Position numbers and translations under genes: made by a program | The notes under the pieces: generated by a model | Told to the model about the DNA's origin: nothing | Databases searched by the model: none | What the model saw: only the letters and a program-made list of their open reading frames with translations | Origin: Lama guanicoe | Taxonomy: Eukaryota | Assembly (NCBI GenBank): GCA_013239625.1 | Contig: MU056000.1 | Span: 8,469,585 to 8,489,584, forward strand | Direction of reading: 5' to 3' | Length of the DNA: 20,000 bases | Shown here: positions 1-10,809 of the stretch, piece by piece | Position numbering within the stretch: position 1 is the stretch's first letter | Layout of the letters: every line of letters begins with the position of its first letter

Positions 1-520
1 AGAATGTCACATAGTTGGAATCATAAAATACAGCCTTTTCAGGTTGCCTTCTTTCACTAAGTAATACACATTTGTATCCTCCCCATGTCTTTTTATGGCT
101 TGACAGGTCATTTCTTTTTAGCGCTGAATAATATTCCACTGCCTGGATGCACTACACTTAATTTATCCGTTCACCTACTGAAGGACGTCTTGGCAGTCTC
201 CAGGTTTGGGCAATTATGCATACAGCTGCACACATCCACATGCAGGGTTTTGTGTGGACGTGTTTTCAGCTCCTTTGGGTAAACACCACGGAGCACAGCT
301 GCTCGGTCGCACGGTAAGAGTATGCTTGGCTTTGTAACAAAAGGACAAACTGTCTTCCAAAGTGGCTGTGCCCTTTTGCATCTGCACCAGCAACAAAAAA
401 GCGCTCCTGTTGCTCCACATCCTCACCAGGATTTGGTGTCACCAGTATTCTGGATTTGGGCCATTCTACTAGATGAGCAGCAGTATCTCACTGTTGTTTT
501 AATTTGCATGTCCCCTTGAC
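1..520 (-). mobile_element. Old LINE-1 fragment (L1MC-like), ORF2 3' end/3'UTR, antisense
   Basis: Contains antisense L1 motifs agaatgtcacatagttggaatcata, gtttgggcaattatg, aaactgtcttccaaagtggctgtgcccttttgca, tcctgttgctccacatcctcaccag and cagtatctcactgttgttttaatttgcat. The subfamily is from recall. Confidence 0.85.
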
Positions 521-1019
521 TTTTAACCTCACTTATGAAAATGTTTCTTTCTCTCTCTCTCTAGAAGATCTAAGGATGGATATGGTTGGATTTCTCAATA
601 CTTAAATGTGTTGTTCGTTTCATGTTTAATGCCATAAGGATATTAAATATGCAAAGTTAATAAACATTTCCATAACTTTACCTAATATTTTAACCACTTA
701 AATCATTCAGGCCTTTAATCAAGCCGGAATTTATGTTTGTTCATAGTGTGCAGGTAGAAGTCTACTTTTACTTCATTTATCCATACAGACAGCCAACGAC
801 ACAACATTCAGACAGAAGCACTGACCGAAAAAGTCTCTTTTTCTGTCCCTCCCATAAATGAAATTCTCATACATGTAGAAGTCTATTTCTCATCTTTATA
901 TTATTCTCTTAAGGACATAATAAGGTAATTAATGGAAAAAACTAGCACAGTACCTGCTCATGTTTTCCTCTTATTCTGATTTTTTGTCTTGGATTGTTTT
1001 GTTCATTTATATTTACATG

Positions 1020-1930
1020 TGATTTTTTTTTGAATCAATATTTTGCCATTCCCGAAAAACCTTAGAGCTTTTGAATGGAAGAGCATAGAGTCTGTATATC
1101 AGAAAGAATTCTCTTTTATATGCAAGGATTTTAGAGTGAGCCTTGTCTTTCATAAACTTGACACATATACCCTTTCCTCTGGTCTTTGCTATGAACGACT
1201 ATGAAATTCAATATTTATCTCCCCCAAAATTTTGCAGAACTTTTTTGGTTAGGGTTGTGTCACCTAAGATATGTGCATCCTATGCTTTTATTGTTTTTGT
1301 AGAAGAGACTTCGCTTTACAGTTTCTAGTTATTTATGGCTGGTATACAAGAAAGCTATTGATTTCTGTGTTTTGAGATTGGATCTGGAAATCTTACTGGA
1401 CTCACTTTGTTAGTTATAGCAGCTTGTTGGTTATTTCCTTGTGTTTTCTGGGTATATGATGATGAAGTCTATAAACAATGGCATGTCTCTTGCTACCCCA
1501 CCCTCTGACCTTCTACATTTAGGATTGCCTAATACCTGAAGGATAATGTTGACTATCACAGGGATATAAGGCATAGTAGTCCAGATTTGCATGGAAGTGC
1601 TTCTAATATGGCACTCCTAAATATGAAATTCCTGACTGTTAACTGCTCAGGAAGTTAAAGAACTTTCCTGCCAGGTTACTCTGCTCAAATAATTATTTTT
1701 TAATTATGACTGGGTATCATACTTCATCAAATGTAAAGGCATCTGTGGAGATGGCCACAGGCTTTTCTTCTGATTAATATTCATATACACTAGATCTCAT
1801 TAGTTTTCTAATACTGAGCCATCCTTGCATCTGAAAGAAAACTCACTTCACTGTGATCATTTTACATTTATATGACTGAATCTTATTTAGGGTTTTTTTC
1901 GCTCCAATGCTTAAAAGTGAAGTTGAGTTA
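1020..1930 (-). mobile_element. Highly decayed ancient L1 (L1M/L1ME) ORF2 fragments, antisense
   Basis: Contains motifs such as ggtatacaagaaagctattgatttctgtg, atcttactggactcactttgttagttatagcag and actgagccatccttgcatc. T-rich on the + strand. Boundaries are approximate. Confidence 0.65.
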
Positions 1931-2199
1931 CCATTTCACTCACTGTTTTCCATTCCTGGCTTGGGCACTGGGGTCCTGTATAGCTTCCCATAAAATTCAA
2001 TTTCTCTAAAATAACCTTATAACCTTCACTAGGTTAGCCAACTCGAATCGCACAGTGTCACCAGCTTGATGCCCTCTGCACCCCCCACCCCCACACTATG
2101 TTTCACTCACATAGTGCCCGCCAGATGCTCACCACTGCTTTTTTAAAGGTCATTTTAATATGCAGTCCTGGCGCCCCTCGGGGTTGAGTGGCTGTGTCA

Positions 2200-2378
2200 T
2201 TCAGCTGCAGAATGAACACCGGCTTTTGAATCAGATCTGAAGTGGCCCATTACTGTGTGAATGAGACTTATCCCACTCTGGAAAAGGAACATACATCCTC
2301 TGTGTGCTGCTGAAAGGACTGAGCAAGGTAATCCTCCCAGAGCACCTGGTGCATACAAGATTCTCTGTAAATCGTGAT
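2200..2378 (+). mobile_element. MIR SINE, degraded
   Basis: ggcttttgaatcagatctg...ccattactgtgtgaatgagacttat...ctctggaaaagga...agagcacctggtgcatacaagattctctgtaaat follows the MIR layout. Confidence 0.55.
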
Positions 2379-2503
2379 GTGATGATTCTTTCTGATGAAC
2401 GTGGACATAGCATTTGTCTCTTTGGATGTGGTGGCCTTGACCTCTGCATGTCAAGTGATGCATACAGTTTACAAAGGAAATGTACAAATACCACTCACAA
2501 AAG

Positions 2504-2950
2504 TGATATTTGGGTTAAACTGTGTCCCCCAAGATGATATGTTGAGGGCCACCCCCTCTGCAATGATTGTGAATGTGACTTATTTGGAAATAGAACCTTT
2601 GCAGACATAATTAGTTAGGGTGAGTTCACACTGGAGTAAGGTGGGCTCTTAATTCAATAGGACAGGCGTCCTTATAAAAGAAGGAAGGTGAAGTGAAGAC
2701 AATGGCACACAGGGAGACACCAGGTGATGACAGGGGCAGAGACTGGTGTGATGCATCTACAAGCCAAGGACATCTGAGGTCACCAGACACCAGAAGAGGC
2801 AAAGAAGGAGCCTCCTTTAGAGGCTCAGGAGGGAGCATGGCTCTGCCAACACCTTGATTTCAGACTTCCTGCCTCCAGAACTCTAAGGTAACACATTTCG
2901 GTTGTTTTAAGCCACCCAGTTGGAGTTACCTTGTTATGGCAGCCCTAGGG
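2504..2950 (+). mobile_element. MLT1 (MaLR) solo LTR, MLT1B/C-like
   Basis: Begins tgatatttgggttaaactgtgtcccc. Contains gaatgtgacttatttggaaatag, gtccttataaaagaagg and gccaacaccttgatttcagacttc. Ends ttgttatggcagccctagg. Confidence 0.9.
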
Positions 2951-3253
2951 TGTCTTGTGGACCAGAACCAAGGAATGGTGTGGAGATTCAGGTTGTCAAC
3001 GGAATAAACCAAGAGGAAGATGGTGCAGTGCCAGCAACAAGAAAATACTGATGTTAAGTCAAATGTAATTTGAGCAAGTTTGAAAATAGAAACCTGTTCT
3101 GAACTGAGCACCAAGCACAACACATGGGGAAATGGCTGGAAGGGGACAGAGAAATGTGGTCACGTATGGTATAATGGTGAATGGTGGTAAAGCGTTACTA
3201 AAATTATATCAGATGCTCATTCAGTCATTGGGTAATGGGTGTAATGTTATCTG

Positions 3254-3324
3254 CTAGAATCTATCTGATAATGTTTTTAGCAAATGTTGCCATAGAAGCA
3301 CAATTTCTTGGGGGCACAGTAACA
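3254..3324 (-). pseudogene. Candidate terminal pseudo-exon (LLCPQEIVLLWQHLLKTLSDRF*)
   Basis: Acceptor gacttgcctag| at 3325. Phase-1 compatible with the segment 3421-3530. Ends in TAG at 3256-3254. Confidence 0.3.
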
Positions 3325-3420
3325 CTAGGCAAGTCATAATCTCCAAAGTAATTTTGCCAAGAAAGCAGTTCATGGAAAAGCACCTTGGGTACTGAGATTC
3401 CTGCCTGCCTGGTATCTCAC

Positions 3421-3530
3421 ATTTATGCTACCAATTCATTCCTGCTAAAACTTGGGATCTGCACCTTTCTTGACTAATGCCAATCTCAACCTTCAGAATT
3501 GCATCTGCCTCGTCACTCCCTATTTTCTGA
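3421..3530 (-). pseudogene. Candidate pseudo-exon (QKIGSDEADAILKVEIGISQERCRSQVLAGMNW*HK)
   Basis: Acceptor ctgtactcttcag| and donor |gtgaga. One stop in the best frame; the frame is ambiguous. Confidence 0.4.
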
Positions 3531-4253
3531 CTGAAGAGTACAGCTAAGTTCATCACTATATAATACAGATCTGATCTGACAGACTAGGCAAGCAAAATGC
3601 AGTCATGCTGGTTTCACTCTGGTCAAACAGGATCAAAGATATCACGCCAAGAAAGTGGGTGACTGCATTTAACATTCTACAAATAGAATTAATTGACTTG
3701 CTCTCCAAGTCATATGATGGAACTATTCTAAATCTGGGAATGAAACCAGAATTCCTCACCATCAATTCTCTCTTCTCTTCTCCAGACCATGCAGTCTCAA
3801 AGGTTTTATTCTCCTCTGATAATCAATTTAAATGAGAGTCCTCCTGCCAAACTCGGGGATCTAATTACATAGTTAGGAAGGACAGATAATAGTTATTGCA
3901 ATGTTCCACCCTCAAAAATTGTTGAGCAATGCTGATGGCTATAGATACCAAGATCCAATTTTCTTTAAAACATATATCCACATATTTTTCAATTGTCTAA
4001 ATGTGGCTATATTAAAATCCATCATTAATGATTATCGGCACAAAAATGTGTTACTAACAAATTAGCTCTGATGCTTATGTTTTGCTTTCTATTTTCATAG
4101 AATTCAAAAATATTGGTTAACTCAAAGAATACATGAATATTTTACTCTTACATGGTCTGCTACTGTGAGAGAGAGAGAGAAAGTCCTGAAACCCTTCTTC
4201 CCTCTCTCTTTCTGTATGAGTGTGAAAGCTTTCCGGAATTTAAAAATGATTAC

Positions 4254-4429
4254 AGCAGGGGTCTAAGAGGAAGCGTATCAAGGCCAATGAATTGAGTGTT
4301 CACGATGCTATTCATGCTCGACATGGCTTTTTATAAAATCCTCACTTCTTGTCGCCTGGAATTTTGCTTATTCTTTCTTTTAATTGTCAAATTCCATGGT
4401 TACTTCCACCAATAAAACAACAATGTCCT
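4254..4429 (-). pseudogene. Candidate pseudo-exon (GHCCFIGGSNHGI*QLKERISKIPGDKK*GFYKKPCRA*IAS*TLNSLALIRFLLDPC)
   Basis: Acceptor tttttcttttaag| and donor |gtaatc. Phase-2 join to 5726-5827. All four stops in this frame are TGA. Confidence 0.45.
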
Positions 4430-4989
4430 CTTAAAAGAAAAATACCCTAGCAGTGCACAATGCCTCTATTCTGTTTCCACTTCCTCATTCCCCAAGGAAA
4501 GCTTCCTTGCCAGAGCCCGCTCACAGCCAATAAACTCTTGCCAACAAAGACTTGAAATGATAAACTAAGAAAGGGAGAAAGTGCATAAGCTACATTTATT
4601 TAGGAAAAAAAAACCACAGCCCACATTTGCAAAACTCTTTAATACATACAATGATTAACCCTTGATGCACATTAAGAAAAATCTTGAATGCTTGGGATAC
4701 TTAAAAATTATCTTCTGCAATCAATATAATTTCCCCCACACATTACTGACATTCATTTCCAGAGACAGAGAATTAAATAACTACTTCATCCTTTACTATT
4801 TTACTGGTTTATGGGACCCCTGACCTTCACTCTAAACATACACTCTTTACATGGACCCGTTAATATCAATCTCTGGGGCCCCACATCTGATTTTCCCCTT
4901 CTACCTCCTCCCAGTCTTCTCTTTCCCATCAAAGGGCAATTCCATTCTTCCAGTCGCCTCATTATTGACTCTTTATTTTCACACAATGT

Positions 4990-5425
4990 ATTGGTTATGG
5001 GTTAAATGGTGTCCTCCCCCAAACTCACACGTTCAGTCCTAACCCAATATCTCAGACAGTGATTTTATTTGGAAATAGGGTCACGGCAGATGTAATTAAT
5101 CAAGAGAAGGTCATACTGAAGTAGGGTGAGCCCCGCCCCCGCCCCACCCATTCCGAGATGATGGGCGTCCTCATGAAAAGGAGAAACTGGACACAGACAC
5201 ACACAGCAAGAATGCCAGGTGAACACTGGGGTTGTGCTGCCACCAGCCCAGAAACCACCAGGGGCTGGGAGAGGGGCCTGGAACAGATCCTTCCTTTCTG
5301 CCTTCAGAGAGGGCACGGCTTGATTTCACACTTCTGGCTTCCAAAACTGTGAAAAAATAAATTTCTGTTGTTCGAAGCCACCTAGCGTGCAGTACTTTGT
5401 TACGGCAGCCTAGCAAACTAATACG
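4990..5425 (+). mobile_element. MLT1 (MaLR) solo LTR, MLT1B-like
   Basis: Contains gttatgggttaaatggtgtcctcccc, ttatttggaaatagggtc, gaggggcctggaacagatcct, aataaatttctgttgttcgaagccacc and the terminus ttgttacggcagcctagcaaactaatac. Confidence 0.9.
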
Positions 5426-5725
5426 GAGTATCCAGTCCATCAGTCAGTCCTACTGTTTCTCCACACCTGTATCATCTCGCCAGCGTTTGCCTTCCAACAC
5501 TAGGGCTATTCCTAGGTTTCACTTCCCCCAAGAAAGCTTTCACTAAAATAGCATTAGTTCCATCCTGACTCCAATACTCATGGCGTGACATTATTTTAAA
5601 CTGATTGATAAGAAATACAGCGAGAGGTGTGAGGCTCACTGTTTTGTGGTTTCCTCCACGCTCGCTGGCTGAGCACGGGGAAGCCTGCCCACCTGCTGCA
5701 AGTCAACCTGCCGGGTGACGCCCAC

Positions 5726-5827
5726 CTGCGGGCGGCTGAGCCTTCATCTGTTCTATTCAAGATTCGTCCCACTTTTATTCACAGTCAAGCTTTCAAAATT
5801 AATTCTGTTTCCCAAAGCATTTTTCTT
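5726..5827 (-). pseudogene. Candidate pseudo-exon (RKMLWETELILKA*L*IKVGRILNRTDEGSAAR)
   Basis: Acceptor catcctttctccag| and donor cag|gtgggc. 102 nt with two TGA stops. Confidence 0.45.
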
Positions 5828-5881
5828 CTGGAGAAAGGATGAGTAAAAAAGCCAACGGAGGTCCTCAAAATTACTAAGCAC

Positions 5882-5940
5882 CATCATTTCTCACTGCATT
5901 TTAATACATCCATTGGGTTTCTAGTTTTTCAATCAGTCTG
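5882..5940 (-). pseudogene. Candidate pseudo-exon (RLIEKLETQWMY*NAVRND)
   Basis: Acceptor ctgtgttttcag| and a weak donor |gtgctt. Phase-2 join to 6351-6483. The downstream join is out of phase. Confidence 0.35.
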
Positions 5941-6350
5941 CTGAAAACACAGTTAGTAAGTGAGCTAAACTGAGAAAAAAAATAGTTTGTGAGCCTGAAA
6001 TGCAACAGCTACTGATACAAGGCGCTGTGTAATCAGGGCTAAATTGTGCACGGAGATGCTCTGCGCTGGAAGGGATCAGAGGAGCCTCAGATCAATGAGA
6101 GGACTGGAGTCTTGCTGTGAGAATGTGTCTTTCTTTCTCGCTTCGGTTTGCTTTGTCATCTGTACGCTCATCTCTGTTTCGACTATTTTTTAAGTACTTA
6201 GAATTAATTTACAATATGAAAACATACTTAAACATCTTCGCCCGCAAGGAATGCTGATTTTTCAACAGAATGGAAAAGATGGTAACTTGTAAACCAGGAG
6301 GGAGAGCGAGAATCATAAACTTCAGTCATTCACAAAATTAGATGTTATAC

Positions 6351-6483
6351 CATCTTTTCTCCAGTGAATGAGTGACAGGAAATGAAATAAACACTTAGGA
6401 TCCAAGCAGATGGGTTTCCCCCGCTGCCGTGTGCCTCCATGTCTTTCTGGGTAAGGAATATTTATTTGGATGCCTTTTTGCAT
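6351..6483 (-). pseudogene. Candidate pseudo-exon (AKRHPNKYSLPRKTWRHTAAGETHLLGS*VFISFPVTHSLEKR)
   Basis: Acceptor accattacag| and donor atg|gtataa. Phase-1 join from 6607-6653. An alternative frame is fully open. Confidence 0.45.
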
Positions 6484-6606
6484 CTGTAATGGTTTAAACT
6501 TCTGTACTCATTATTAGAAGGTACAATACAGGATAACTCATTAGCCCCACAGAAAGCAAATTTGCTGTCATTCTTTCCCTAAATACTACTGTATATTTGT
6601 ACTTAC

Positions 6607-6653
6607 CAGTCTCACATTTTCTGATGTGTTTTTGCCTTCGCTCTTGCAGCAAC
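6607..6653 (-). pseudogene. Candidate pseudo-exon (LLQERRQKHIRKCET)
   Basis: Consensus donor ctg|gtaagt. The acceptor is degenerate (catgag|) with a pyrimidine tract upstream. Confidence 0.4.
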
Positions 6654-6707
6654 CTCATGCAATTGGGTGAAAAGTCAGTAAATTAAAATATGCATCAAGG
6701 ATAATAA

Positions 6708-7335
6708 ATATCCATTTGTTCATTCATTCAATGTGGAAACAAATACAGAGCGACCTTATCGTGCGGGACAATTCACGGGTGGCTGTGAATCCACGGGTGC
6801 CCGTGAATCCACAGATGCCCAGGTAAACCTAAATACCCATCCCGTGCGGACTTAGCCAGAGGTAACAGGTGCCAAGTTCACCCTAATTAAGAAGATCAAA
6901 GAAGGTCTCTGGAGGAAGTGACACTGAAGTGCAGGACCAAAGAAATAAGAGGAGTCACCAAACTAATGGGTGAGGATACAAACCACAGAGAGGAAATGAA
7001 AGACTGAGAGCAGGATCTATTGTGTTGTGAAGGATGCAATTTTATCTATGAGGAATGCGAACTCACTGAGAAGTTTTCACTAAAGAGAACTGACAAGGTC
7101 AAGTCTGACTTAGGGCTCGTGACTCCAGATTGAATGGGTGAGAGAAGGCAAGAGTGAAACGGGATCATGGAGACCAGCGAGGAGGTGGCTTCCAGATCTG
7201 GGTTCTGAGAGGAAGGGTACGGATAGAAGGAGAGCAAAGGGGATGGCAAAGGACCAGACTGATCGGAGACAGACTCGGAAGGTGGATGGCCAGAAAATAG
7301 GGGCTGATGGCTGAAAAGGAAGGAGACCAAGAGGT
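6708..7335 (-). mobile_element. L2 LINE 3' fragment
   Basis: ttgttcattcattcaa tail motif, aaagaaggtctctggaggaagtgacactgaag, and a purine-rich body typical of antisense L2. Confidence 0.7.
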
Positions 7336-7436
7336 CTCAAGAAGAAAAATATGATTTCTTAAAATTCAAAAGGTTATTCCTTTACGAGAAGGAACCATTC
7401 CACGTGAAAGGTCTGGCATGCCCAGCTTACCGTTCA

Positions 7437-7940
7437 GTGTTTGATTACCAATGGGAATCTTTACCCCAGACTCCGTGGCTTCAAACACCACATGGTTATC
7501 ACTTTACAGTTTGTTAGGGCAGAAGCTCAATACAGGTCTTGGCAGGCTAAGCCAAAGTGCCAACAGGGCTGTGGCATTTTCTGGAAGCTTGGGAGAATCT
7601 GGTTCCCTGCCCTCCCCAGGACCTAGAGGTTGCCCATGTTCCTTGGTTCATGGCCTCTTCCTTCATCTTCAAAGCCAACAAGGGCAGGTGGAGTCCTTCT
7701 CTGATGTTTCTTTCACTGTCACCTTCCCCTCTGACAACAGCCAGGACCAGTTCTCATCCTCAGGCCCACCAGGTAATCCAGGTTCACTGTCCCCTCTCAA
7801 GGGCAGTTCTTTCCTCCCACGATCACGATCGGCTGGTCAACAACACTGATCGTAACCCTTAACCCCCTTTGCCACGTGTGACATCACATACTGAGAGTTT
7901 CCGAGGTTCACGACGTGGGCCTCTCGGGGGGTCACTCTTC
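7437..7940 (-). mobile_element. MLT1 (MaLR) solo LTR, MLT1D/E-like, antisense
   Basis: Contains gtggcttcaaacaccaca, tttacagtttgttagggcagaag, gggagaatctggttccctgcc, ttccttggttcatggcctcttccttcatcttcaaagcca, ccaggtaatccagg and cttaacccccttt. Confidence 0.85.
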
Positions 7941-8421
7941 TGCCTGCTCATGCCAGTTCCAGCCCAGTTCAATTACTTTCTTTGAAATTATTTTTACACT
8001 ATTTTGTTCTGGACAGAGCGCACTGTGGGCCATGTTCCTCCCCTCCAGCCTGACGCAGAGGGCTTGCGTTCGCGGTAGTATTTCAGCATAATCCCTCCGC
8101 AAAAGAATTCCCAGGTAACAGGCAGTTTGTTCCTCTGTCATCAAGACAGCACGAAAACCCGTCTCAAACCGTGAACCACTTACGTTACTTCTGACAGCTT
8201 TCCTTCAACAGCATTTTTAAGCATAAACGTTGGCCAGTTTTCAAGGTGATGAGACCAACTTTTTATTGTTTTAATTTACTTTTAAAAATTGATTTAAAAT
8301 AATGTACTTAAAATCATATGTATTAGGATCGTCAGGAGGATGGCTTAATTCTACGAACAGTCAAGAGAAACAAAAATCCACGTGAAAACTAAACACTGAT
8401 TTATACAGTGCATTTACTTAC

Positions 8422-8523
8422 ATTTTTGTAACAAAATAGTTCATTAGTAAAACAAGTGATTGCTAAAGTAGCTATAGAAATCACCAAAAACTCCTAGCAA
8501 GAATAGATTACGTGACACTGCAG
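8422..8523 (-). pseudogene. Candidate pseudo-exon (AVSRNLF... / ...ISIATLAITCFTNELFCYKN; frame ambiguous)
   Basis: Strong acceptor ttgctttttgacttttaccag| and consensus donor |gtaagt. 102 nt. Confidence 0.45.
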
Positions 8524-8738
8524 CTGGTAAAAGTCAAAAAGCAAACTATAAAAGACAAGCATGTAATTATTACCAATTTTTGTCTTTGACTTAGCACCGG
8601 ACTAAGGTCCTTTACAGAACCCACGCCCACGTACACTGGATTGTGTCTGCATTTATCTCATTGCTAATTGTAGTCAAAAAGCAAATAAAGCAGAAAAAGG
8701 AGTCATTAAAGATCCTTTAAAAAAAAGGCCAAATTAAC

Positions 8739-8887
8739 TGGGAAGAAATTTTTAGTATAGATTGATGCTGCAAATATTTTTCTGAAATGAGCGCTCCTGA
8801 TGAAACCACTGTGAAAAGACTCAAAAGTCCCCTCAGTTCACTCCTGCGATTGAGAAAATGACAGTTGATCACTTTGATGCCAGTAGC
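8739..8887 (-). pseudogene. Candidate pseudo-exon (YWHQSDQLSFSQSQE*TEGTFESFHSGFIRSAHFRKIFAASIYTKNFFP)
   Basis: Acceptor gtgttcctcgtgtcag|. Phase-1 join from 9944-10039. One TGA. The 3' boundary is uncertain. Confidence 0.55.
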
Positions 8888-9943
8888 CTGACACGAGGAA
8901 CACTTTGCATTCATTCCTGTCACCCTCACAGCCCTGCACCCAGACTGTGTCTCACTCGGGCTGGAGAAGATCCTGGTCCCCAGTCAGTGCTACCAGAATG
9001 GGGCAAGGAGAAGGAGGATTAATTTTTCCTTCATTTTGAAAGTATTTCATGATTTAGGGTTCAGTGGTATCACTTATCACAGGACAAATTTACGATCAAA
9101 TATAAAATGCATAAATATTTTATTTAATAATCACTTGTAAGCACAGCATCCCAAATTAAAGTGTTCAGCATTAAATACGCTATTCTCAAGTAACTCGTCT
9201 CTAAACTTAACGTCTCCACATTATTTACCTGATTAAATATAAATGTCCACAGTTATATTTCTGCATGTGAAGTTTTCTAAAACTGTTCATGAAAATAGAC
9301 TGCTTCAAAATATGCCTGGCAATAAATATTTGCCAGTACCTTAGAAATTTAAGATTATGTCATTTTTTAATTTAAATTTTAATTATTTTCCTGCATCTAT
9401 TCACTTTAATAGTTTAACTTATAGCACAGTTGCTAGAGTTTACTCATAAAAAGATAGTCTCATGAGTTGCCTTTCCCCATCTGTAACCATGCAATAATGC
9501 AATATTTTATGTTTTCTGTATGTTTCTCAGTAACTTTTATTACAGGCATGGATGTATTTTAAATGTACCACAGAGCAAAAGTGAAAATAGAAAGTGTTTT
9601 TAATGGCTTATGTTTCTTCAAACCAAGATATTAATTTACTTCTTTAAATATTTTAATATATCTTCCTTTTACTAGGAACTATTTGCTTGTATATTAGAAT
9701 CTTTCTCTTCTGATAACCACTGGTTTGTGAGTGTGTATGAGTGTGTGTGTGTTTAAAGTAATATCACATGCTTTAACAACATTTTCTAAAATGTAGATAA
9801 TTGATATGGTAGCAGACATCTTTCTGCAACAAGTATGCAGTAGGAAAAGTTTCGTTTTAAAAGTTTTTGCATTAAAACATACTGAATACATTCTATGCAG
9901 CATATATAACATAGTATAAATCATGGTTAGAAAATGCTCATAC

Positions 9944-10039
9944 CTCTCATGGCATAAATAATCTTCATTTCAGAATTTAAGGGAGGTTGCAGGCAGTTTT
10001 GCTCATAAATAAGAATGCTATCTCGGAATTCTGAAATAC
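9944..10039 (-). pseudogene. Candidate exon (ISEFRDSILIYEQNCLQPPLNSEMKIIYAMR)
   Basis: Acceptor attcatctcag| and donor gag|gtatga. 96 nt, open, phase 1-1. Confidence 0.55.
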
Positions 10040-10084
10040 CTGAGATGAATCTTGTTTTTTCAATATTTTTTCCTTGTTGAATAT

Positions 10085-10170
10085 TCCTTAAGTAAGTTAA
10101 CCTTTATAAACCTTAATTTACTCATTTGTAAAATCATCAATGTACTAGAATTTGTTTGTAAATTATAATA
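10085..10170 (+). mobile_element. MIR core fragment
   Basis: taagtaagttaacctttataaaccttaatttactcatttgtaaaat resembles the MIR core. Confidence 0.45.
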
Positions 10171-10396
10171 ATGTAAAACCATTCCAAGGGAGCTTTTCTG
10201 AGTAATATGAATTATAAAATACATTATCCTAATATATTCAATTAAATGGAAAATTATGTTTGTAATTCAATATTTTCATGAAATAATACATCTTAAATAT
10301 GCACACTAATTAGAATATCACTAACAAATATGAGCTACCAAATTTTGTATGCAAGTTCAAATGGCAAATGAGTAGGCTATAAAATAAATTATTTAC

Positions 10397-10579
10397 CCAG
10401 AAGAATCTGAAGAAGATATTTATTTTTAAATATAGGATTTTAGAGAGTAACTCAGAAGAGATCAAATTAACAAAATACTTTTCTTCCATAAAATCCAATA
10501 GAAGTTGTCTTAAATTTACGACAGATATTCCTGAGTAATTGGACAATATATTTTCAAACTCGCTTCTATTTTAGAAATG
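10397..10579 (-). pseudogene. Candidate pseudo-exon with an RGS-like C-terminal helix and an internal frameshift (ISKIEASLKIYCPITQEYLS / VNLRQLLLDFMEEKYFVNLISS)
   Basis: Acceptor tttttctgtag|. Phase-2 join from 10703-10809. Donor tgg|gtaaat is uncertain. Confidence 0.55.
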
Positions 10580-10702
10580 CTACAGAAAAAATTTACCCTC
10601 AAAAAAGTTATTTTTAAAACCAATATACTGTTAAATCATTGAGAAACCATTAAAATATTAATAGCAGCATTCAAATCTAAGTTTGTTAGCTTCTCCTCAT
10701 AC

Positions 10703-10809
10703 ATTTTATTTTTATCCTTCTTCCCTGAGGAACCTAGCAGTATACCCACTGAATCTATCACCGCACATTTCAAGTTGATTACACTAAGGGTGAATGATGC
10801 AATTCTTCC
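10703..10809 (-). pseudogene. Candidate exon (GRIASFTLSVINLKCAVIDSVGILLGSSGKKDKNK)
   Basis: Acceptor cttgtttcttag| and donor |gtatga. Open frame. An upstream consensus donor |gtaagt at 10906-10901 marks another small exon. Confidence 0.5.

Noticed and set aside
7441..7862. Overlapping plus-strand ORFs up to 132 aa
   Set aside because: They lie wholly in an antisense MLT1 LTR and have no coding features.
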